A DNA stretch of 64,000 bases from Puniceicoccales bacterium (lineage in GTDB: Bacteria; Verrucomicrobiota; Verrucomicrobiia; Opitutales; UBA9783), in contig JAISBA010000004.1 of NCBI GenBank assembly GCA_031266455.1, forward strand, positions 9,814-73,813, written 5' to 3'. The notes under the pieces are model-generated. The model had not been told where the DNA came from. It searched no databases and worked only from the letters and a program-made list of their open reading frames with translations. How positions within the stretch are numbered: the first letter of the stretch is position 1; each line of letters starts with the position of its first letter. Below, piece after piece: positions 35,727-43,532 of the stretch. A program made the position numbers and the translations under genes.

Positions 35727-37625
35727 CTACCAACGAATACGAACACATCCATTCTGACCCGCTAAACGCTCTTGCGTCTTGTAATCCTTTTGTCCATTAC
35801 CTCCATTTCCAAATTGACCTAACATAGCAACCTGCTGCCCGGCATAATGACTCTCACTACCCCTTGTTGCCGGTACACCCATAGCTCCTCCATCACAACG
35901 AATTTCCAAAGAATGAACGTGGACCGTAGTTGCCTCACCTGCAGCTAGCTCTGAGGCTTGCCCGACATGGATGGAAACAATACCTCCACTTTGTACACCC
36001 TCGATTTTCTCCATTCTAAAAGTACCCGAACCTCCACCGTTTCCACTGATGCTAAAATCCGTCAAATATTGTACATCGAGATAGATTCTCATATTTTTTT
36101 GCGATTTTGTCCTCGCATCCATCTTTGACATCCAACTGTTCTCATTTACTTGATTCTCTGTAACGTTATGAGAAAAAGAAACACCGTAAGAATAGACGTA
36201 GTCTTTCTGTTTTCTGTCATTGTATATCATGTTTAATACAAAATTTCTAGTTTCCTTATCTTTAAGTTCCACGCATTGATTAAATCGAGGTAGGTTATGA
36301 GGGTTATCAGTTCTATAGACCAAAAATTCATTACTTGTTGCTGGAAACCTACTCATACGGCCGGTAACATTGGTGATGCGCGCTGGACCTGTCACATATA
36401 TAGGTGTTTTAGACCATATCCATCCTCTCCATGAATGATATTCTAAATTTAAATCACTCGTCTGTTCCACTGGGGTCCCCCAATCCCGATATTGTAAAGC
36501 AGGACTACCGCTTCCGCCTGCACCGATCGCTTCAATCGTAATGGTATGCACGCCTTCCGGAATCGCCCAAAAGTATTTCCCGGGCTGATCAAAAACAACT
36601 TGCCCATGATTTTGTTCGACAACAATATCGGTTGCTTCACAAACATCCTCCTCCATTGATATTTTAAGATCTTCCAACAAATGATCGTACGCTTCACTAC
36701 ATTTGTGCAATTTTTCTAGTTCACACGCAACATTTTGCTCGCGCATGGAAACGTACAACCAAAGTGTAAAAAAAGAATCTACATCGATGCAAAAATGCTT
36801 GTCTTTACAATTACACCACGTGACGTGTGGAGAGAACAAATTTAAATAAGGTTCGCAAAGGGGGTCCAAACGTTGCATTAATTTAACAACGTTACTCGCA
36901 ACATCATCAAATTCGGATAACCGCCTAAAGGCATCCCATGCAATATGACTTATCTTAAGTTTAGCTGAAAACTTGCAAGGGATGAGGATAAAAGTAGAAG
37001 ACTTACACATCAAAGGAAAAGACCAGGTATCGGTTGGGTGCAAAGATAAATCACCGCATTTATCCATAAGCAGATCATTAAAAAAATGCGCCGTGTAGTT
37101 CAGAACATTTAGGAAATCAGCTGCGGATAATAATGAAAGCGCTTCCATTAAGTGCTGTCGATGCGCCCGTATCGGTTCAATAAAATACTGATTCCAAATA
37201 TCGTGCACATTTTGGATATCTTTTTGCGTAATATCCAATGGAAGCCCTACTAAACAATCTTCGTTATCCTGATAGGCATAATGTTGTAACACGCAGTCAG
37301 GTTGCTTTATCAGATGTGGTAATGTGTGCTGAAAATAGGGATATCCCCATACATAATTGGCAATGCTACCACACACCCAATAACTCCCAAACTGAACGGC
37401 AAATGGGGGCGGAGATTTGTATTTTCGGTACAAATTCAGAACGTTCGGCAATTCTTCTGCGGAAAAAGACTTTCTACAAAAAATTTCTGCAGGAATGTAT
37501 AAAAAACCTTTATCTTTTTGATTATTTGAATCTTTTAAAACAAAAGTCGGACAATGGGGAAATGCAAACAGCATTTCGGTAGCCAAACACAAAGCTACAG
37601 TAAAACATTTACTGTACTTAAACAT
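35727..37625 (-). CDS. Hypothetical exported protein; unknown N-terminal about 340 aa plus C-terminal region with GAGGSGS / GNGGGSG / GNGGNG glycine clusters
   Basis: 632 aa. The N-terminus MFKYSKCFTVALCLATEMLFAF is hydrophobic and leader-like. The C-terminal part contains GKYFWAIPEGVHTITIEAIGAGGSGS, FSISGNGGGSGTF and GQFGNGGNGQ, and ends GQNGCVRIRW. This pattern is reminiscent of glycine-rich beta domains of phage, viral or surface fibre proteins. I recognised no catalytic motif. Confidence 0.6.
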   Translation of the reverse strand: MFKYSKCFTVALCLATEMLFAFPHCPTFVLKDSNNQKDKGFLYIPAEIFCRKSFSAEELPNVLNLYRKYKSPPPFAVQFGSYWVCGSIANYVWGYPYFQHTLPHLIKQPDCVLQHYAYQDNEDCLVGLPLDITQKDIQNVHDIWNQYFIEPIRAHRQHLMEALSLLSAADFLNVLNYTAHFFNDLLMDKCGDLSLHPTDTWSFPLMCKSSTFILIPCKFSAKLKISHIAWDAFRRLSEFDDVASNVVKLMQRLDPLCEPYLNLFSPHVTWCNCKDKHFCIDVDSFFTLWLYVSMREQNVACELEKLHKCSEAYDHLLEDLKISMEEDVCEATDIVVEQNHGQVVFDQPGKYFWAIPEGVHTITIEAIGAGGSGSPALQYRDWGTPVEQTSDLNLEYHSWRGWIWSKTPIYVTGPARITNVTGRMSRFPATSNEFLVYRTDNPHNLPRFNQCVELKDKETRNFVLNMIYNDRKQKDYVYSYGVSFSHNVTENQVNENSWMSKMDARTKSQKNMRIYLDVQYLTDFSISGNGGGSGTFRMEKIEGVQSGGIVSIHVGQASELAAGEATTVHVHSLEIRCDGGAMGVPATRGSESHYAGQQVAMLGQFGNGGNGQKDYKTQERLAGQNGCVRIRW

Positions 37626-38315
37626 GCAGAGCTATCATTTTTTAACAAAAAACTTTTTGTCAACTCCTAAAGTTATTAAAAATATTTCAAAAGATAGCTT
37701 TGCCATCGATATTGGTGCACACACAGGAGATACAACCGTTCCTATGGCTATTGCCACTGGATATTAATACTCGGGCTAGAACCCAATCCATACGTTTTTA
37801 AAATTTTGGAACGTAATTCACAACTCAATAAAAATCTTGCGCAGATCATTCCACTGTGCTCTGCTGCCACTTTAGAAAACGGGACATTTGAATTTAACTA
37901 CTCCGATGCGTCTTTTTGTAATGGAGGATTTTTATCTAAAATTCAGACAAAATCCCATCATCATTCTCATAAATTAACGGTAAAAGGCATAAATCTTTCA
38001 ACTTATTTAAATGAAAATATGAAAGCGTACTTACCAAAGTTAAATTTCGTTAAAGTCGATACGGAAGGATACGACAAAGATGTCTTATTGAGTTTAACCC
38101 ATATTATAAAAAGCTATCGTCCCATTATTATGGCAGAGTGTTACAAACGTTTAACAAAAGAAGAACGTTTCTCACTATTTAACATTTTTGAAGATTTTGG
38201 TTCTTACAAACTATTCAAATTAGATGACAATGGTCACGTTTCAACCATTCACATTCCGTCGGGGGAAATGATGCTGAGTGAACCACATTTCAATTTTATC
38301 GCTCTACCCGAGTGA
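37624..38315 (+). pseudogene. FkbM-family methyltransferase, frameshifted (two reading frames)
   Basis: Frame A from ATG 37624 reads MQSYHFLTKNFLSTPKVIKNISKDSFAIDIGAHTGDTTVPMAIATGY* with a stop at 37765. Frame B, open from 37698, reads ...ILILGLEPNPYVFKILERNSQLN...VKVDTEGYDKDVLLSL... The motifs DIGAxxGdtt, EPnP and K.D.EG.E...L are the FkbM methyltransferase pattern. The shift lies near 37759-37765. Confidence 0.7.
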
Positions 38316-38364
38316 TTTAAAATCACGCATCCAATTTAATAATCAAATGCAAGTGGACGAGCAT

Positions 38365-39330
38365 TTATTTTAATTCTCGACGATAAGCATCGTGCAGTCT
38401 AAATAGTCCAACACAATTTCTGCTTTCGTCAAAAACCGGCAGCACGCTCAATTGGCGAGGTCTGTCTTCCATTAGGCGTACCGCATCTCCCAAATGTAAG
38501 GAAGTCGCAACGGTGATGGGATGTGTTTGCATGATATTTTTGGCAAATACCTGCTCTATGTCTTGACAGGATTGCAAGCATCGACGAATATCCCCATCCG
38601 TAATTAATCCCAATAATCGCTTATTTTCATCCAAAACAAATGCCGCTCCCAAAGGTTTTTCTGTCATCTCAATGACAACACGACGTAAAGAAGCTTCCGA
38701 GGGAACGCAAGCCACCTGCGCTAGAGGACAGGTGAATTCGCCCACCGTCTTGCACAAATTCTTTCCCAATTGCCCACCGGGATGAAACTTAAAAAAGTCA
38801 TTCTTTTGAAAGCCTCTTGCCTCCATCAATGCGCAGGCCAGGGCATCTCCCAAAGCTAGGGCAACCGTCGTACTCGACGTAGGTACGAATCCCAATGGAT
38901 CTGCTTCACGAACAATGGAGGCATCCAAAACAAAATCTGCCTGCCTGGCTAAAGGAGAGGCCAAATTACCCACCAAGGCAATAATGGGTGAATTAAATTG
39001 TTTCAAAATCGGCATTAAACGCAACACCTCTTCCGTACTGCCACTGCGCGACAACAAAATGCTTGGATCCCCCTCCGAGTAAATGCCAAAATCCCCATGC
39101 ATAGCTTCAGCCGGATGTAAAAATACAGCGCGCGTTCCCGTACTGTTGAACGTTGAGGCCAACTTTTGGGCAATATATCCTGACTTCCCGATGCCAGTAA
39201 ATACCACCTTGCCCGGGTGATTTAAAATGACGGAAACAACTTTCGCAAAAGATACTTCATCAAAACGCTCATATATTCTTGAAAGGCTGGCAATTTCTTC
39301 GGCTAAAACTTTCTTACCCACACAATGCAT
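38365..39330 (-). CDS. kdsD: Arabinose-5-phosphate isomerase (KpsF/GutQ/KdsD family; SIS + tandem CBS)
   Basis: SIS motif GIGKSGYIAQKLASTFNSTGT and SRSGSTEE, plus a C-terminal CBS pair. 321 aa. Confidence 0.85.
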   Translation of the reverse strand: MHCVGKKVLAEEIASLSRIYERFDEVSFAKVVSVILNHPGKVVFTGIGKSGYIAQKLASTFNSTGTRAVFLHPAEAMHGDFGIYSEGDPSILLSRSGSTEEVLRLMPILKQFNSPIIALVGNLASPLARQADFVLDASIVREADPLGFVPTSSTTVALALGDALACALMEARGFQKNDFFKFHPGGQLGKNLCKTVGEFTCPLAQVACVPSEASLRRVVIEMTEKPLGAAFVLDENKRLLGLITDGDIRRCLQSCQDIEQVFAKNIMQTHPITVATSLHLGDAVRLMEDRPRQLSVLPVFDESRNCVGLFRLHDAYRRELK

Positions 39331-39337
39331 ACAAAGC

Positions 39338-39565
39338 CTAGAAACTTAGCGACGTATTTCTTGTGGAACACTTACGGCAACATTGTTCTTCACAATTATC
39401 CACGTTAAAGTATATTTCGCCACAGTGCTTGCAATAAAAAACATGGCGCAACTTCAATGGGGCATAATCCTTTAGAACGCGTCTTTCAAAACCTGTTTGC
39501 CAAACAACAAATAGAATGATCGTTGCACAATAGAAAAGACTTAAGCAATACTCTAAAGATCCCAT
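39338..39565 (-). CDS. Small hypothetical membrane-anchored zinc-ribbon protein
   Basis: 75 aa with one hydrophobic helix (CLSLFYCATIILFVVW), then CKHC...x18...CRKC. It is wedged 7 nt upstream of kdsD on the same strand, downstream of rplQ. Confidence 0.4.
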   Translation of the reverse strand: MGSLEYCLSLFYCATIILFVVWQTGFERRVLKDYAPLKLRHVFYCKHCGEIYFNVDNCEEQCCRKCSTRNTSLSF

Positions 39566-39637
39566 TTCAATAAAAATCTCTCTCCCCCAAGAGCTCCTTC
39601 AGAATGCTTAATATTCGTTGCCAATAAGTTTTTAAAT

Positions 39638-40123
39638 TCACTTACCCGTAGGATTTTTATCCTCAGAAGCACTTTCTGCTCCACTGACTTCGGCAGGCTT
39701 TAATTTTTTAGATACAGACTTCCTACGGTGTTTTTCGCCCACCTGATGCGATACGTATTCAATAAGACCCATAGGTGCCCCATCGCCTACACGAGGTACC
39801 AATTTATAAATACGCGTATACCCACCTGAACGATCTAAAAATTGCTGAACATCCTCCGTAAATAACTTACGAATGGCTATCCTACTACGTACGCGCGCAA
39901 GAGCCAAACGACGAAAGTGCAATTTTTCCTCCACATTCTCCGCTTTTGAAGCTTTTTTTGCCAAAGTAATTACCTTCTCGGCAAATGGACGCAAGGCTTT
40001 TGCCTTCACCAAAGTTGTTTTAATTCTTCCGTATGTAAATAATTGAGTTGCCAAGTTTGCAATCAAAGATTCACGGTGTTCCTTCTTTACACCCAACTCA
40101 AAACGATGCTTTGTGTGACGCAT
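39638..40123 (-). CDS. rplQ: 50S ribosomal protein L17
   Basis: MRHTKHRFELG...HRESLIANLATQL matches the L17 N-terminus. It follows rpoA and has a roughly 40-aa charged C-terminal tail. Confidence 0.9.
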   Translation of the reverse strand: MRHTKHRFELGVKKEHRESLIANLATQLFTYGRIKTTLVKAKALRPFAEKVITLAKKASKAENVEEKLHFRRLALARVRSRIAIRKLFTEDVQQFLDRSGGYTRIYKLVPRVGDGAPMGLIEYVSHQVGEKHRRKSVSKKLKPAEVSGAESASEDKNPTGK

Positions 40124-40136
40124 AATTTAACACTTT

Positions 40137-41141
40137 TTAAATAATAGTTGAAGTTGTATCCAGCAAACGTTCATCAATTTTCATGCCCAAAGACAACCCC
40201 AATTGCTCTAATTTTGCCTTAATTTCATTCAAAGATTTTTTACCAAAATTTCGATATTTTAACATTTCCGCTTCCGTCTTACGCGCCAACTCACCTACCG
40301 TCAAAATATTTGCGTTGTTTAAGCAATTGGCAGCACGTACGGAAAGTTCAATCTCATTGACGCTCATATTTAATAACTTGCGCAAGCGATTTTGTTCCTC
40401 ACTGACTTCCTTTTTCTTGTCTTCAAATTCAAATTCCTGCATCGTAAAGCGATCGAACAACTTTAAATGATGTAAAAGGATGACCGTTGCTTCCTTCAAA
40501 GCTTCTTCGGGAGTAATGCGACCATCCGTTGTAATCTCCAAATACAACTTATCAAAATCGGTCATCTTCCCAACACGGGTACTTTCAACATTATATTTTA
40601 CCAAACTAACCGGACTAAACAAGCAGTCAATTGGAATAATGCCAATCGGTTGGTCTTCTTCCTTATTGTCATCCGCAAGACGATATCCACGTCCTACAAC
40701 GACTTTCAATTCAGCCCGAAATCGTTGTTCTTTGCTTAACGTACAAATAATTTGCTCCGGATTGATGATCTCCATACCAGGTGCCAATTGAATATCTCCA
40801 GCAATCACTTCACCCCTACGTGTAACATCGATATGCAATACAACGGGCTCACGTTGCGTACTTTTAAGAAGAATTTTTTTCAAGTTTAGTACGATTTCTG
40901 TAATATCTTCAACAATACCCTCACAGCTTTGAAATTCGTGATTAATTCCTTCTATTCTAATGGAAGCAATTGCGGCACTTTCAATGGAACTCAACAAAAC
41001 TCGACGCAGTGCATTGCCTATTGTATGTCCAAAACCTTTTTCAAAGGGATCTGCGATGAAACAAGCAAACGTGGGGGTTGCCGTTTCCTCTACCTTTATC
41101 AATCGGCTGGGTAATTCAAATTTTCCTAATCGTTTAGCCAT
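40137..41141 (-). CDS. rpoA: DNA-directed RNA polymerase subunit alpha
   Basis: GHTIGNALRRVLLSSI in the NTD, and a CTD with ELSVRAANCLNNANILTVGEL. Confidence 0.95.
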   Translation of the reverse strand: MAKRLGKFELPSRLIKVEETATPTFACFIADPFEKGFGHTIGNALRRVLLSSIESAAIASIRIEGINHEFQSCEGIVEDITEIVLNLKKILLKSTQREPVVLHIDVTRRGEVIAGDIQLAPGMEIINPEQIICTLSKEQRFRAELKVVVGRGYRLADDNKEEDQPIGIIPIDCLFSPVSLVKYNVESTRVGKMTDFDKLYLEITTDGRITPEEALKEATVILLHHLKLFDRFTMQEFEFEDKKKEVSEEQNRLRKLLNMSVNEIELSVRAANCLNNANILTVGELARKTEAEMLKYRNFGKKSLNEIKAKLEQLGLSLGMKIDERLLDTTSTII

Positions 41142-41158
41142 GAATTTACTAGTTAAGA

Positions 41159-41764
41159 TTAACGACTGTAGTACTCTACAATCAATTGTTCATTAATTTC
41201 AGGAAGCATCTCTTCTCGCGTAGGATGTCGATTTACAACCCCATTGAAGGCATCCGGCTGTACCGACAACCATGCGGGACAATTACGATAATGAGTATCC
41301 TCCAAATTACGCGTTGCCAACTGCCGTGAAGAAACTTTTTCACTCATTGCAACCATGTCGCCCGGACTGCAGCTAAAGCTAGCGATATTCACCTTGCGTC
41401 CGTTGACGCACACGTGTCCATGCCCTACCAATTGCCTCGCCGCACGTCTGGTTCTGGCAAATCCTAGCAAATAAATCACGTTATCCAAGCGACATTCGAG
41501 CAAACGTAAAAACGCTTCGCCCGTAATACCTCGCATGTTCTTAGCTTTCAAAAAAGTCAAATGGAATTGCTTTTCAGATAAACCAAACATAAAACGCAAT
41601 TTTTGCTTCTCGTTGAGCCCCAGAGAATAATCGCTAACTCGTCTCTTCAAACGGGCCCCATGCATACCGGGCAAATAAGGCTTCTTTTCGTACGCTTTAT
41701 TCAACGGAAAAACAGCCATCTTAAAGCGACGATTAATACGAGTCGTAGGTCCAATATAACGCAT
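41159..41764 (-). CDS. rpsD: 30S ribosomal protein S4
   Basis: MRYIGPTTRINRRF start and an S4 RNA-binding domain (RLDNVIY..GFA.TRRAARQLV.HGH). It sits in the alpha-operon position. Confidence 0.95.
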   Translation of the reverse strand: MRYIGPTTRINRRFKMAVFPLNKAYEKKPYLPGMHGARLKRRVSDYSLGLNEKQKLRFMFGLSEKQFHLTFLKAKNMRGITGEAFLRLLECRLDNVIYLLGFARTRRAARQLVGHGHVCVNGRKVNIASFSCSPGDMVAMSEKVSSRQLATRNLEDTHYRNCPAWLSVQPDAFNGVVNRHPTREEMLPEINEQLIVEYYSR

Positions 41765-41782
41765 CTTAAAAATCTTTAAATG

Positions 41783-42298
41783 TTAAACCCTTCGTCTCTT
41801 GGGAGAACGGCACCCATTATGAGGAACAGGGGTAACATCCCTAATACTCAAAACAGTTAATCCTAACGTTTGCAATGTTCTAATTGCAGAATCACGTCCC
41901 ATACCGGGCCCCTTGACTTCAACTATAATTTCTCTTAAACCGTGCCCCATGGCGATTTTAGCAGCTTCCGTGGTTACCACTTGCGCTGCATAGGCCGTCG
42001 ATTTTCGCGATCCTTTAAAATTACAACGTCCAGCACTTGACCAAGCCAATACATTCCCATGCATGTCAGAAAATGCAACCTTCGTATTGTTAAAGGAAGC
42101 TAAAATGTGACAAACCCCCATGGTAATATTTTTACTACTTTTGGCACGCTTAATTTTTAAACCCTCTTCTAATCCTTCCTGAACCAATAAAGAACTAGCA
42201 CTTTCTTTTTCAACCGTACCTTTTGCATCCTTATCGGAAACCGTAACGGATCCTGCTTCTACTTTTTTTTCAGACTTTAAATTTTCATCCATAAACAT
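41783..42298 (-). CDS. rpsK: 30S ribosomal protein S11 with about 45-aa N-terminal extension
   Basis: The core [18 protein letters not shown]...[11 protein letters not shown]...[11 protein letters not shown] is S11. The track ORF adds an acidic/lysine-rich N-terminal stretch. There is no closer in-frame ATG before the conserved basic segment except M60, which would truncate it. Confidence 0.9.
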   Translation of the reverse strand: MFMDENLKSEKKVEAGSVTVSDKDAKGTVEKESASSLLVQEGLEEGLKIKRAKSSKNITMGVCHILASFNNTKVAFSDMHGNVLAWSSAGRCNFKGSRKSTAYAAQVVTTEAAKIAMGHGLREIIVEVKGPGMGRDSAIRTLQTLGLTVLSIRDVTPVPHNGCRSPKRRRV

Positions 42299-42313
42299 TT
42301 TTTGTTCACAACG

Positions 42314-42688
42314 TTACTTTTTCGTGACCACGCCCACCGTTTTTCGAGCCCCTTTACGCGTACGCGCATTTGTTTGTGTACGCTGACCACGTACAGGTAA
42401 ACCTCTCAAATGGCGCAACCCACGATAGCACCGAATCGCCTGCAAACGTTTAATGTTTCCAATAATTTCTCGCCGTAAATCACCTTCAATCTTATAACCC
42501 GAATGCGTAATTGCTTCGGTAATCTTATTGAGTTCTTCTTCATTTAAATCACGTGCCCGTTTGTTCGGATCCAACTTGGTTGTCCTAACGATTTCCAATG
42601 CACGCGTTAATCCAATGCCGTAAACGTAACGCAACGAATAAGCCAATTTTTTATTTCCTGGTATTTCAACTCCGAGTAAACGAGGCAT
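42314..42688 (-). CDS. rpsM: 30S ribosomal protein S13
   Basis: [26 protein letters not shown] is canonical S13. Confidence 0.95.
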   Translation of the reverse strand: MPRLLGVEIPGNKKLAYSLRYVYGIGLTRALEIVRTTKLDPNKRARDLNEEELNKITEAITHSGYKIEGDLRREIIGNIKRLQAIRCYRGLRHLRGLPVRGQRTQTNARTRKGARKTVGVVTKK

Positions 42689-42739
42689 AATAATCTACTT
42701 TTATTCTATAACTTTTGTTGTAATGTTAAAAGGAATGCG

Positions 42740-43504
42740 TTAATTTTTTAGACTTGTCAATATTTCTGGTAAATCTTTTGTAATTAACACGGTATGTTCA
42801 AAATGTGCGCAATAATTACTATCTTGCGTGACAATCGTCCACCCGTCCGATAAAGTTTTTATCGCCGGAGACCCCAACGTTAACATAGGTTCAATGGCAA
42901 TAACCATGCCTGCACACAACAAAGGCCCACTCTGTGGCGCACCGAAGTTAGGCACCTGAGGTTCTTCGTGCATTTCTCGGCCCACGCCATGCCCCACCAA
43001 TTCACGTACAACGCCCAAGTGATTTTTTTCGGCAAAAGATTGAACAGCCCACGAAATATCTCCCACCCTATTGCCTGCACGCGCTTGCTCTATGCCTTTA
43101 TAGAGAGCCTGTTCTGTCACCGTAAGTAAATTTTTAACCGGCTCTACCAATTCCCCTATTCCAACAGTACACGTATTATCCCCAACAAACCCATTGTAAT
43201 TGAGCGCCACATCCAGGCTTACAATATCGCCCTCCTTCAAAATTTTTTCCTTATTTCCAATCCCATGCACCAATTGCTCGTTGACAGAAACACACATGTA
43301 AGCGGGAAATTCCTTGCCTTTGCGACCATAACCATAAGTCGAACTCACGGCGCCACTTTCTTCCATAACTTTTTTGGCAATTTGATCCAAATCGTAGGTG
43401 CTTACCCCCGGCTTAACCGCTTTTTTTACCTGATCAAGTACCCATGCGGCACAAGCTCCCGCTTCCCGCATTCTAGTAATATCTTGATCCGTTTTCGCAA
43501 TCAT
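42740..43504 (-). CDS. map: Type I methionine aminopeptidase
   Basis: VHGIG, the D..D metal ligands (DIVSLDV..NGFVGD), HGVGREMHE and IAIEPM. It lies between secY and rpsM. Confidence 0.9.
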   Translation of the reverse strand: MIAKTDQDITRMREAGACAAWVLDQVKKAVKPGVSTYDLDQIAKKVMEESGAVSSTYGYGRKGKEFPAYMCVSVNEQLVHGIGNKEKILKEGDIVSLDVALNYNGFVGDNTCTVGIGELVEPVKNLLTVTEQALYKGIEQARAGNRVGDISWAVQSFAEKNHLGVVRELVGHGVGREMHEEPQVPNFGAPQSGPLLCAGMVIAIEPMLTLGSPAIKTLSDGWTIVTQDSNYCAHFEHTVLITKDLPEILTSLKN

Positions 43505-43532
43505 CCTAATTTCATTTACTCTGATTCCTTTA

